From: Hormiphora californensis
Lineage: Eukaryota; Animalia; Ctenophora
DNA length: 64,000 nt
Direction of reading: 5' to 3'
Assembly (NCBI GenBank): GCA_020137815.1
Contig: CM035353.1
Span: 6,014,001 to 6,078,000 of the forward strand
Part shown: positions 1 to 20,602 of the stretch, one piece after another
Numbering within the stretch: position 1 is the stretch's first letter
How the letters are laid out: each line of letters starts with the position of its first letter
Notes under the pieces: model-generated
Database searches by the model: none
What the model saw: the letters and a program-made list of their open reading frames with translations, nothing else
What the model was told of the DNA's origin: nothing
Program-made: the position numbers and the translations under genes

Positions 1-700
1 AGAAAGAAAGAAAGAAAAGAAAGAGAAGAGAAAAGAAAAAAGAAAAAAGAGAAAGAAAGAAAACCCAGCCCAAAAAGTAAATCCCTAACCCCTCAGACAA
101 TCAATGATCCTCTACCTCCCACTCCACCTTTAATCCCTCCCTACCCCCTCTCCCTCTCCCTCTCCCCCTCTCCCTCTCCCCCTCTCCCTCTCCTCTCCCT
201 CTCCTACCCTCTCCCTCTCCCTCCCTTTTCCTCTCCTCTCCCTCCCTTTCCCTCCCCTCTCCCCCCCTCCCTCTCCCTCTCCCCCCCTCTCCCCTCCCCC
301 TCCTCTCCCTCTCCCCCCCTCCCCCCTCCCCCCCTCCCCTACCCCTCTCCCCCCTCTCCCTCCCTCTCCCTCTCCCCTCCCCCCTCTCCCCTCGCCCCTC
401 CTCCCTCCCCCCCCCCCCTCCGCCTCCCAAAGAAACCCACAAGATCCCACTCAGTCTCCTCCCTCCTGCTCCCCCCCCCCAATCCCTCTCCCTCCATCGC
501 CCCCTACTGCCCCTCCCCTCCCTCCCTCCCTCCTTCCTCAGCCCCCTCCCGCCCCCTCCCTCTCCCTCCTTCCTCTCCGCCCCCCCCCCTCCCTCCCCCC
601 CGCGCCCCCTGACGCCCTCATCCTAAAACCCACTCACCCAAACGAGACCTCCCCCCCCGCCCCTCGCCTCCCCCACCTTTCCCGAAAAAAATTAGGTTCC
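1..700. repeat. Low-complexity A/G-rich then C/T-rich degenerate tract
   Basis: Almost pure A/G (1-62), then irregular (CT)n/poly-C runs; ORFs here are G/R/E low-complexity artefacts. Confidence 0.85.
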
Positions 701-779
701 CTGCTGAAGGAGTCTGTACATTGTACTTCCCCGCTCCCGCTCTCCCGGACTTCCCCCCTCCCGTCCCCCTTTCTGTTCC

Positions 780-1535
780 TCCATGAAAATCTTGGGTTAC
801 GGAAATATACGCCTGCCCCATCTTCGAACTTCGCGTGCATATACCCCCTTTAAATTTTCGTTTGCCTTGGATCGCGCGCGTTTCAAAATAAATCGAAAAT
901 TGAATCACGAAAAATTTATATTTTTTCTTCCACTTTTCAAAATTTTGGCCCCGCCTTTCAAATCACCGCGTTTGCCTTTTCCCGGAAAATTGGAATGCGC
1001 TGCAGCCCCCTCATGCGCGCACCCCCGCAACGAGGGGACTGGAGGGAATGCCGCGCGCGCGTTTGGCCTGAGCCCGGCTGGGTCGAAAATAACTTTGCGA
1101 GCGAAAAAACGGCGGTGCTTATAACTTTGGCCCCTGAAGTCCGTTTTGCTTGATTCTTTCACTAGCTGTTAGATCTGACAATTATCTATCTTGCTGTTTT
1201 TGAGAGAAGTTAATTGGACTTGAGGAGGCTGAGCAATAGCCGTTCAAAGATTGGTTGTTTTCAAAAAGTGACGTCACAGATCCCTGCAGGGACACTTTGT
1301 TTCAAATTTGAATTAAAATCTCGAATTTTTTTATTTTACCGCACTCGATTTTGCGGAGTTTGGTTCATATCTCCTGTTCCTGATAAGATAGAGACCTGAA
1401 ACCGGTTGCATTTGAAAGGTGTTATCTTCCTCTTTCCAACGCTACCAAAACGATTTCTGTACCTTATCTGGAACCGGAGATATGATTGATTATGTATTCC
1501 CCCCTAGCGCGGTATTCCCTCCAGGCCCCTTATAT
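780..1535. mobile_element. Probable non-autonomous DNA-transposon-derived interspersed repeat
   Basis: No credible coding frame; composition resembles the other MITE-like elements in the window; ends in CAGGCCCCTTATA, mirrored immediately by TATAAGGGGCCTG (1522-1553). Confidence 0.4.
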
Positions 1536-1783
1536 TATATTATAAGGGGCCTGCAACGTATGCCAACCCGGAAAAGGCTTTTCCGGATCCTTGGCTGTCG
1601 ATTATATCCTGATCTAAACCTATCATCTTGTACTCTGAAATTTATCATTGTAATGAGTGTGCGGTTGCGACAGAGACCCTGTAAAACTCGGGCGCCCCGA
1701 TAGTAGTTTACTCCTTGTCAGATTTAACAGACGCTACACCTGTCTAACAAGCTGTTTTTGAGGAATTAAATGAGAAACCGAAA

Positions 1784-2056
1784 GTGACTACGATGAAACG
1801 CATCGGCGAAAGAAATGAGAAGCGCCCTAGACCGCTCTTAGTATCCCTGGAGAAGAGAGCGACTCTCCTCGCACTCCTCAGAAAGGCACGAAACCTCAAA
1901 GACTCCAAACAGTTTTCGGCTGTTTATCTCTCTCCGGATCTTACGCCCTCTGAACTGAAAGAGCAAAAAGCTCTAAGGTCCACTTTGAAGCGGATACGAT
2001 CAGAAGATCCTGACGGCTGCTACTTCATCCGTAATAATCTTATCCAAGTGGGATAG
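1784..2056 (+). mobile_element. Fragment of LINE ORF1 (C-terminal part, CR1/L2-group-like)
   Basis: Translation RIG..RPRPLLVSL..ARNLK..VYLSPDLTPSE..LR..LK matches the typical ORF1p C-terminal pattern; no ORF2 follows. Confidence 0.65.
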
Positions 2057-2286
2057 TTCCCCACTAACTCACCGTTATCAGAGAACCGTGCTAGGAGCAG
2101 GCAGTCTACTGCAGTCCCTTTCAAATTAAGGAAAACGAGTTGTCTGTATACAAACTGTGTCAGTGCGGGATATAAAGTGTCATTTTTATTATTATTATTT
2201 ATTATTATAATTTAAAACTGAACCGCAAACTCCGTGAAGTAGAATTACCGTATCACTCACTTGAAATGTTTCAGTTCAAGGAAAAT

Positions 2287-2766
2287 ATGTCTGCTCCCGC
2301 CGCCGACCAGAATGTCCAAGCAGTTGACCTCGCCCAGCTACCCGTTCCTCAGCTAAACCAACTGCGTACCCAGTTTGAGGAGGAAGAGAACATGCTAACA
2401 CAGTCCCTTGCACAGTTGAAAGGAGTTCAATCGCGGTTTGTTGAATCTCAGGAATGTGTCGCTAAGATGAGCAAAAAGGACCTCGGTAAGCCCATTCTGG
2501 TGCCCCTGACTAGTTCCATGTATGTTCCCGGGGAGTTGGCCAACACGGAGACTGTCCTAGTGGATATTGGTACTGGATACCATGTTAAGATGGATATCCC
2601 CAGTGCTAAACAGTATTTCGATCGGATCATCGAATACATTACCAAGAAGATGGAGGTGGTCCAGAAGAATTTGGTTGAAAAAGATAAGTTGAGGCAGGTG
2701 ACAACAGATATCCTTCAATTGAAGCTCCAGGCTCAGGTTCAGCAGCAACAACAGCAGGCATCGTAA
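2287..2766 (+). CDS. PFDN5: Prefoldin subunit 5 (alpha-type), single coding exon
   Basis: Motifs ILVPLTSSMYVPG and VLVDIGTGYHV, coiled-coil ends; likely start ATG 2287 (in-frame ATG 2266 lies upstream of a TTTCAG acceptor at 2269-2274). Confidence 0.93.
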   Translation: MSAPAADQNVQAVDLAQLPVPQLNQLRTQFEEEENMLTQSLAQLKGVQSRFVESQECVAKMSKKDLGKPILVPLTSSMYVPGELANTETVLVDIGTGYHVKMDIPSAKQYFDRIIEYITKKMEVVQKNLVEKDKLRQVTTDILQLKLQAQVQQQQQQAS

Positions 2767-2952
2767 GGGGGGAGCTGCGACGATATAATGTTTCTTTTTT
2801 TGTATATATAACATCCCTCTCTTATCAAGTTATTTGTGTACACAAGGTGTTTTGATAAACTTTTAGTGTCTTACTATCGTGTCCTAAAATCCCCTTAATT
2901 TTCAAATCCAAACTACATATTATATCTCCAAACTACTCTCTAGGAACAGATC

Positions 2953-8139
<5,187 letters not shown>

Positions 8140-9029
8140 GATTGACATAGTGGGAAACTACACTAAACTATTGTGAGCTACTTTTAGAGCCCCTTTGTTT
8201 GAAGTCAGGGAGAGAGTATAATGTACCATGTGCCCCTCCTCAAAAGTACATCAACTTGAGTAATAAGTGGTATGATTACAAGAAAAATAAAACAATTCCA
8301 ATGGTATGTTGTGTAGTGGTGTTTTAACTTTTAAAATCATATATCCGTAATGTTACTATATATTTGCAATTCAATATATAATATCGCCGCATGTGAAAAC
8401 CTTTTTACTCGTACAAAACAAGTCTTTCGGGTGCCTAATTTGATGCCACAATGTGTGTGTACTTGTAATTCAAACGAAAATCTATGGTACAATTCTTTAC
8501 TCTCAGTTAGTTGTTTTGTTCCAGGGTCGAGAAAAGCAGTTAGGTCCCATAGTGATATAAGGAGTGATTTTGGTTGATTCTTTTTAGTACTACTTCCTAT
8601 GTTGGTGAAGCCCATGAAGTGGTCAATTTTTTGTTCAATGATTTTGCAAAAAGTCGTCCAAATGCTCGAGAGAAATAGATAGATAGAGAGATAGAGAAAA
8701 AGTTCCATAGACTTGAGCGTGTGTTTGTGTTCTTCTATTCTCGTTTTTGTGTTTTTGTGTAGACGACAGAGAGGCGGGAGAGAGAGAGGCACTTATCATT
8801 TTACAGTGTATACAATTTATAAATGATAATATATCAGACTTGTTATTATTACCCCCACAAAGTACCCCCGGAATCGCTATGTAGGATTTTAGCTATGTAG
8901 GGTTTTAACTATTTAGGATTTTAGCTATCGCCAGAAATCTTACAGCATATAAAGTATGCTGTGTGATTTCTGGCACATTTTACCCCCACACACCTTGTGT
9001 ATAATGCCAGCTCTAATAACACAAATTCA

Positions 9030-9450
9030 ACCCCCATAACTCTTATAATAGCACCACCGCCCCCCCCCCCCTTTATATCAACTATCCTCTTTTTATAACA
9101 GAGCTCTATCCCCACCCCAATATAATACTTACTTGATACTTGGTTCGGTCTCCCCGTTATAACAACTATCCTATTTATATAACACCCCCCCCCCCCAATA
9201 TAACAACTATCCTATTTAAAACAACCCTCCGCACCCCAATATACACACCAAAACACCCCCCATCCCAAGCACTACCTATTTTTATAACACCCCCCCCCCC
9301 CCACCCAATATAACAAATCTCCTATTTATATAACACCCCCCCACCCCTAATATAACAAATCTCCTATTTTTATAACACACCCCCCCCACCCCAATATAAT
9401 AAATCTCCTATTTTTATAACACCCCCCCCCCCCCCAATATAACAATCATC
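9030..9450. repeat. Degenerate ~40-bp tandem repeat (CCCCAATATAACAAnTnTCCTATTTnTATAACACCCC) upstream of RPB9 ATG
   Basis: Repeated units read directly. Confidence 0.8.
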
Positions 9451-9467
9451 CTCTCGTTATAATAGCC

Positions 9468-10381
9468 ATGGTAATAAGCAGTGAGGGAGGTCCCCAATTT
9501 GTGGGGATCAAGTTCTGTCCCGAGTGTAATAACATGTTGTATCCAAAGGAGGACAAGGAATCTAAACGGTATATACTTTGTACTATAATCAACTTATTGA
9601 TTTATTTTGATTAACCTTTCATGTTTTAAAACATGGTGCCATATAATAATAATCAAACCACTCCAAAATTGTGCTTTTTGACCACTTTTTGAAGGTGGTT
9701 CGATCATGATCATTCTGTGTTTCTGAATTCTAGATTCATTTGATTTTAAAATTGCTACATCCCCCTCCCGCAGGTTACAGTATCAGTGTCAAAACTGTGA
9801 ACACACGGAAAGAGCCCTGAATAACTGTATTTATGTGAACAAAATTACCCACGAAATCGATGAGCTACAAACGATAGTTGGCGATGTTATCTCCGACCCT
9901 ACTTTACCCAGAACTCAGGTAATAATATGAATTGGTATGGAGTGTAAAATACACGCACAATATGTAATGCTGTTTCGCACACAATAACATGCATTTGTCC
10001 GTTATAACAGTCAAGGATACTGTCACACGACTCGGTCGCACTTTACAGCTGAAATTTGTGCAGTAACGCGCGACCAGTAGAATAATGGGCAAACAGCGCC
10101 CCGTAAGGTGCCTGCCGCGCACTGGCCGACTATGCGCGTTCACAATCCCCCCAAATCCAGCGCTGACAAGAGAGCCACTGTCCAATGCTGCAACAATCAC
10201 ACACAAACAAGAACTGCACCTCATGTTTATCTCACTTTAACTTCCTCAGGACCATCCCTGTCCGCGATGTAGCCAGTGTTTGGCCGTGTTCTTCCAAGCC
10301 CAAAGCAGTGCAGTGGATCAAGGAATGAGGCTGTATTACGTGTGCTGCAACCAACAGTGTAACCATAAGTGGACTGAATGA
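9468..10381 (+). CDS. POLR2I: DNA-directed RNA polymerase II subunit RPB9; exons 9468-9568, 9774-9918, 10250-10381
   Basis: Spliced product ...[78 protein letters not shown], two zinc ribbons. Confidence 0.96.
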
Positions 10382-11275
10382 ACTAATGAACTGTGTTTTA
10401 ACCTTGTATTGAGATATTTGAAATGTTTTTATTGCTCTGCTCCGATGAACCAGCTTGACCGACAGCAAAATCAGACTTGTGATTAATTTGAACTTAAGAG
10501 CGGCAGTGCGGTAACTCCCTTCTTTCCTCTCTCTGATTGTTTCAGATATGTACATCTCTCTGCCACTCCAAACCCTATTACAAAACCATTTACCACCCAT
10601 TGCTAACCACAACACACTGTCGCATCCCGGAGCCGATGTTCAAACGATCAGGGAAGATCGGCTGTCCACCATAGCGAGCTGCGCGCACTAGCAAACTTTT
10701 CATAGTAAGTCTTGAGATGCGCGCTACGCAATCGTACCGGACCAAGGTCACACAACAGAGTGAGAGTACAAAAACACAAGGATTTGCACCGTACTGAATA
10801 TTCAAAATATAGACAGAGTTTTGTTCTGAACTGAAAATTACTGACAATTAAATATAACACAATCACAATAATAACGTGTGTCTATCAAAGACGTTGTAAA
10901 ACACGTAGGGTACAAAGATTTACAAGTTCATGCAAGGTATCACACACGCCCTTAGTCTCCATATCCCGCATATTGTTCCTTTCTTTATCTCTACATATCT
11001 CTCTCTCTCACTCACTCTCTCACTCTCTATCTCACTCTCTCTCTCTCTCTATCTCTCATATGGCTGTCAACAAGTGTATCATAACACAGATATCTCAGCT
11101 CGTACACATATTAGACAATGGCATATGTACAGACTTTCCGTCTTCCGTTTCCCATTGCACTAACTGAACATCATATCTTCTATGTCCACATTGTCTTTCT
11201 TCCGATCCCCTTCAGATCCAATAATACTTTCAACAATCCTTCTCAGCGAGATCTCTAACGCTGTTGATTGGACCC

Positions 11276-13619
<2,344 letters not shown>

Positions 13620-14297
13620 GATAATTTAAGGGCTGATTCGAGTCTGTGAAAAAAAGAGGGACTGTTTAGTATTGGGCAGTTGGGTTCGGGAATGCTGAAC
13701 TGAGGAAAAGAAAGTTTTGTAAGTTAAACTCAGGAAAATGGGGGGATTATATCTTGTAACTTTTGTGGCCAACAATTCTAAAATAATGCATTTCTGGACA
13801 ACTCAAAAGTTGATCATACTGATTTGCTACACAAGCAGACCTATGTTCATCAGTTGATTGCAAAGATTGCATACAACTTCCGTGGAGTTAGAGCAAGGGG
13901 AAATAGATTTTATGATTTAACATAGCAACGTCATTTCAAGTCAGGCAGAACTGTGATAGAGGCATTTAGGTATCCCAAGTGCAACAACCATGATCCCTTT
14001 AATATCAAACCATATTGGGTATAAGATGCGATAAAAACTATATAATATTGCCGGATATTGGTGGTTTACTCCACTGCAAGTGGTTACGAAGTCACATATA
14101 TGACACATTTACCACCATGAGACGCTCATGTGGAGGGGTAATTTCATTACCAAGTTTACTACGGAGATATATGTGGAACTAATATGATACTGCACACAGA
14201 AAGAGAAATGAGGGTCGAGCAACCCCCACAGTTTGTATGTAGAGTCGGTGAAATTAGAAAACACGGTCCCCCAGTGGGGGAGCTGCATCTTGAAAAT

Positions 14298-14372
<75 letters not shown>

Positions 14373-16429
14373 GGGGAGATAGAGGGATAGAGAGTTGATT
14401 AGTTGTTTGCTGCTCGAGTTTGGACGAGATATCAATCAAAACTATGCCCCAGTTGGGCTCAGTTTTATAGTTTTATTAATCAAAAAACATTTCTGCCGAA
14501 AACAACACCAATACAATATAAGAGCTCGAATTCTTTGGATTAAAGAGATTCTCAGAATCTCAGTTCATAGAACAAGAATAAGATGAATGATGATCAACTC
14601 CTCCTCAACATGGGCTCATTTAATCTGACTAAGTGCAGCAGGTCTCTAACATTGCAACGATCTATGGAGGAAGATATTGGGCAAGAGCTGCTGCTCTTAC
14701 TCAATCTTGTAGAGAACCTTAACAATCACTCCAATCTCGAATGTTGGATCTCCCTCTCTCTCATTCCACGGTATCTCTCACAGCGAGTATAATGTTGTCC
14801 GACATGGTATGTGGAGTAGCAAAATGTGACAAGCATAATACATGATTGCTACATCTTGCAGCCGCCTGGTAATTCGAGCAGTAAGAGGAAATGCAAGAGG
14901 GGGGAGGATCATTTAGAGAGATGCTGTTATCAAGCTGAGGGATTGTGAGAAGTTTACTAAACTAAAAAGGATACAAGCACATCACATAGTGCTGTAAAGA
15001 ACTTTACTAAACCGGTTACCGGGCTAAATAAAATTTATAAAAGTTGGTATATTTGAGCATGACATATTGACTTCTTCGTCCTGTATGAACAAGAGTGTGA
15101 TTCACAATATGAGCAAGAGAATGAAATGCAGCAATAAGACACAACGTCACGGACCACGGCCTTTACATAATACTGATCAAGACAGGGGCTACACTAGCGT
15201 ATAACTATTAACTACTCAAGATTCAGTATTGTACACAATATAGCCTCAATTTCCGGTGACCTCTTCTAGTTAACGTCACCGATTATTAAATCAGTGTTAC
15301 ATCTTACATCTAGACTCTAGACGAGATGTACAAACTACAAACAGTTTCTCATATAGGCCATGGTGAGCAGCTTGGTCTATGTACACAATACAAAGCAAAC
15401 AATCAGCCGTGATCAGTTGTACGGCACTGTAGATAAGTTGTGTGGAAGTAGTCATTTGCAGGTTGAGTGGGGTAGCAAACTATCAACCACAATATATATA
15501 ACCAGCGACCAGAGCATTGAAATGAATCAAAAGCAAGTAGCACCTTACTAAATTACATCACCTATTATATAGCTTGTGTATATACGTCACAATTAGAGCA
15601 TATACTGTATGTCACATGGGGCGTGACAGTTTGAATGTCAAGTAGTTTAGTAAACAATGACGTGAGCGGTTTTAAAATCAATTTAAGTTGTTGTAACAAG
15701 CTAGATGTTATAACAAGCTAAGATTAAAGCTTAGAAAACAATCAAGTCAATCAATGGACTGGAAAATAAATATTCGAGGTACAACAACTGTGTGGTATAA
15801 CCGTCAATAGAGCTACCACACAAAGCTAGTGGACCTCAGTACGAAGGGGTATGTAGCAGCAGGTGGCCCACTACACAACACATATTGAGGATTCACCCGG
15901 GAGCAACTAGCTCATATATGTAACGGTCAAGGGAGAGATAGGACACCAGCTGTATTAGCATCAGGTTTCAAATTATGACTTTTTTTTTCGTTGTGGCGGG
16001 TATTTCTCTCTCTCTATAGTCTCTTTATCTCTCTCTTTCTCTCTATAGTCTCTTTATCTCTCTCTCTGTCTCTCCCTATCATTATCTTCTATGCTGGTTT
16101 ATCTCAAACTACACGAATAAAAGGTTACATACTATCACCAAACACAAAATTCAAAAGCGCAATGTTTTCTATGGCAGGCCTTGAGAAACAGAAAGGAAGG
16201 CAAACTATGCGGAGAAGTGACGATAAAACAGGCGGGATGAGAAAGTGGGATGATGTCAGGCGGTGCCATGGTGTGCTGACCCGTTCTCACGCACTCAAAA
16301 AGCGATGAGAGAGAGGTCAGGAATCACGCTGACAGGACACAGATACACGCGGGTTAAGAGTTTTCAACTCCAGCCTTGAAAGATAAGATTCCGATTGAGC
16401 CGCTAAAATATCCATGTCTATCACCTCGG

Positions 16430-16471
16430 GTTACCATGGTAACTACGGTCGCAGGGTGACGTCATGGTAAC
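16430..16471. promoter_or_regulatory. Perfect palindromic RFX X-box GTTACCATGGTAAC plus adjacent CRE/half X-box (TGACGTCATGGTAAC)
   Basis: Exact match to the RFX consensus GTNRCCATGGYAAC at 16430-16443; TGACGTCA at 16457-16464. Function not shown. Confidence 0.5.
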
Positions 16472-17382
16472 TAGGATCGCAATTTACAGGATTGGGGGGG
16501 GGGGACAGTAATAGATTTACAGCACAGCAGTCATCAAACCGTGCCCTGTTTGGTCCACGTGATCAGAAAGTAACAGGTGGGTACTATCAATGCCCTGTTA
16601 GGGTCACAAATGTATGCGATCTGTCACAGATATGCTAACAAGTAAAATACCAAAGTATTATTTCAGAGATGTACATTATCTCAACCACTTTACTGTCACA
16701 AACAGTGAACAGTCAGAATCAAACAAAAGTCATGAAAAGTTCTAGCTATTGTCAAATAAAACAGAGGTTTGTCAGGAAAACGACCACATGAGAAGTGTGT
16801 CCTGAAGCAATTAAACGAGAGAAAGAGTGTAGAGCGAGAGTGAGAGAGATGGAGAAAGAAAGAACTGAGAAGTATATTTCACAAGTCAGCTCCATCATGT
16901 ATATAGAGGCCACCTAATACCTATTATATCAACTTCCTTCACCGCAAGCTGACACATTATCAACCAGCATACAAACAAGGATCTGATAGGTAGCAGGTTT
17001 CACGTTACCTATTTCTAACAGATCTTAACAGAGTTTTTGGTTATTCTCTCTTGGCTGTCCCAGAGAGAATCTAAACTCTGTCAATCTAAATACGGCTAAT
17101 AAACGGTTATCAAATCATCCAACTATCTAAACGATCTTCTAACACCAAGTCTATAATGGAAATACCCGTGATGCAACACGGTGCCATCTCTACTAAACGG
17201 CAGATGACTTAAGCCAAAGCAAAAAGGCAGTACAGTCAAAAACCACGAGCCTGGATTTGAAACATAATACGGCGTGAGAAATGAGACACACATACTGAGA
17301 AAAGAGTCATGAAAAGGCTATACTGTAGTGTATACACAATAACGCTTCATACGTAATGACGTAGGAAGTGCGGACACCATGA

Positions 17383-17503
<121 letters not shown>

Positions 17504-19224
17504 TGCCGCTTTGTCCGAAGAACAACAATACCTAGCTCGGCAGCTCTATTATAACAGGAGCTCCATGGTAGACGTGCATTGTGTCGGACACACCACATGT
17601 GTTATACCATGTCTCACTATAATACATGTGTGTCTGATGTGAGTTTAGTGCTTATATGGAGACAAATTTATTGTGCGTTTAAATAATGGGAACTTGTACT
17701 TAAAATATGAGGGAGAATTCTAAAATAAGACTATTAATCTAGGATTTAAAGTAGAAAAAAGAAGAAGGAGCTCAACATCGAAGGGAACTACATGAAAGGT
17801 TATGCAATTTAGCACTATGAGACGGACAGGAATAATAAAGTTCAAGTGAGAGAAATAAATGAATTGACGAACCAGGTCCTTCAAATATATATATATATAC
17901 GGTGTACCTTCTCTTACGGGGAAGTACGTAGAAAGACGTCGCGTGCGACACTACTAGAGAGTATAGGAGAGAAGAGAGGGGAGAGAAGAGAGGGGTCATT
18001 CAAGTAAGGGAAGGGAATTTAGGAAGGCGGAGAAACAGAAAACTTTGAGTTTGAAATTAGCACCTGTGTTCACATTGAAAATCTAAAACTCCGCTTAGAG
18101 GGATAGTATTACTAAAGAGCAGTGCCTGGAGGAACAATTATTGAAGTTGTCATGTTCATGAGAAGGACGGCATGAAGATCTGGAAAACCAACATACACAG
18201 GGTGTGTTTGATTGTTTGCTATCCCTGTTTGACGGTGATTTAATTGTGTGTATCATATGACCCACCGGCCACATTGTACAAGTCACATACAAGTCACCTA
18301 TCACGTTTGAAGTATTCATTGAATTCGGACATGGAAGTCTATCTTATAAACGAAATAATGGGAGAGGAGACAAAATCTAAAAGGAATACAAAAACGATTG
18401 TCATTCAACAATATAACACCTCTGAATACGAAAGCGTGGTTTGAGTCAAGCGAAGAAAGTAGAAAAACGAATACATCTAGATCACGGCCAACAGATCTTC
18501 TTCGACCAGATATTATACTCTCTTCGTATCACAAGCACAAATGTTTAACTGGTATAGCATCAGAATCATTCGTAGTATGCACATTACATAAGATTATATG
18601 CACCAACTGAACTGAGGAGGAGAGTGGGGTGGTAAGTGACATGGACTATATTGGGTGAGATATCAGAACATCAGCTTCAGATCTTTGTAGGATTAATTCT
18701 GCTATGTACTACAGAACATGCAATGTGCTCTCAGAGAGCTCAGAGCACGTGTGTTCTGTAGAGAGCATCTCTCAGTTAGGAAGTCATGGATATATCTGCA
18801 CTGGTCAAACAAATTCCAGAACCGTTGTTGGGCAATGCCACCACGTCACACAAAGGCTCGGTAAATAAAACAAGAGAGGGTTATGTGAAACGGGAAACCT
18901 AATTCTCCCTCGTCTCTCTCAACCTCTCTCTAGCTCACAGTCGCGTCTCTCTCAACCTAGATTTAATGTCAGGTGATAGAGGATTGCATAGGGTGCATTA
19001 TGCGTAACCAGAGCTCCCCTCTCTCTATTTCTCTCTCTGACTCTCTTTCTCTCTCTGACTCTCTTTCTCTCTCTTTTTTCACTGTCTCTCTCAACCAGCT
19101 CTCTCATATTGAGAGCCTCTATATTTTAGAGGCTCTCATTCTAGAAAAATTCCCTTAAAATATAAATTCTTTATTGGCCAGTTTACTGGAGCCAAGATCG
19201 AGAGTCGAGACTAGTCATGACTGC

Positions 19225-19717
19225 CGGGTGGGCTCTAGGACTGTAACTCACCTGGACTGTAACTCGAAAGTGAGTTATTGTCCGAAAATTGGCGTCGACT
19301 TTTTATTTTTTGGTGACTTTCTGTCCGCTTTATTTTCGACTTTTTGCTAGGACAAAAAGTAGATAGCTAGGACAAAATGTCGAAATTTAAACTCACCTGG
19401 TTTTTACCGTAAAACCCAACCCAACCCTAATACAGCCCTAACCTCGAACCCAAACAATAACCCTAACACTACTAGAAGGGAATATAAACCAGTGAACTCT
19501 CGTTTCCGGCCTATCGGCCGCAATCTCGAGTTCCCATGAGAGGTGAGTTAATGTCCTTTTGGACTCTAACTCACCCTAAATAGTGGGGCGGACAAAAAGT
19601 CACCAGATCCGGACTATAACTCACCTAGATTCGAGATTTTCAAAATGTGAGTTATAGTCCGAAATTTTCGAGTTCGAGTTCGAGTTATCGTCCATTCGAG
19701 TTTTTGTCCGGTACCCG
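19225..19717. mobile_element. MITE-like element with repeated GGACTRTAACTC/GAGTTAYnGTCC subterminal motifs and an internal AACCCT-rich tract
   Basis: CGGG...CCCG ends and inverted copies of the subterminal motif. Confidence 0.55.
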
Positions 19718-20602
19718 AAAACTATATTCAAGACCGTATTTCAATTCGAAACACTTTTGCCCTATTTTTCGCTGATCCCTTGAACGAACCCCACAAAAGA
19801 CTACCGCGATTCACAGCCCACAGGTGGCCCAAAGACAGAATCATACCAAGGTGTGCAATGACATAATTTGGTAAATATAGCTCGTTACTTTTTCAGGCTG
19901 TCTCACACAGGGAAACATCGTCGTACCTGAAATGTCGAAGAAAAGATTAAAGGAGAAATTATATTTTAGATCCGGCTGTAAACGATTGGCAAAATAAAAC
20001 ACAACGATTTATTTTCAGTAAAAACAAAACTTGTCACATTTTAACAAACTTAATAGATCACCCCGACTGTCTCTCGATCCCAATTTATCTGGTAAATATC
20101 CCACACACACACCCCTCTGTACAACATGTGTCGATATATTATCATACTTTTCTGGAACGGGTTATTATTGAAAAACGCTGTTTGAAAATACCGACACTAA
20201 TAAAACACACACACTGTAGGATTTCATTTTCATCTCAGAGCCTGGATTATAATTGATCCTAATTATAAGAACGTCGTTAAGAAACTCATAATTGATTAAA
20301 CACAGATTACAATACATTATTGTAATTAAGATCCAGCTGACATTATGTATAATATACCTCCTAATGACACAGTGTTAATATTACAATGTTGGGAGCTGTT
20401 GTTGTACAAAATTAGTGTACACTAAATACACATACATAATTTTTGTAGCAGTATCATAGTCACACAATTACACTCTTTAAAAACTGTCAGTTCACCCCAT
20501 CTCCCTCTCTCTCTCCTTATAAGGAATCACATCTTTCCTTATAAGGAATCAGAATATGATCTCCGTCTAGAACATTGTAATGCTGATCTCAAGACTGTCT
20601 CT

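Noticed and set aside
101-450. G/R/E-rich ORFs on the minus strand
   Set aside because: Translations of a degenerate C/T tract, possibly low-quality sequence at the window edge.
10620-10720. GC-rich hairpin downstream of RPB9, possible ncRNA
   Set aside because: No box motifs or recognisable snRNA/snoRNA/tRNA features.
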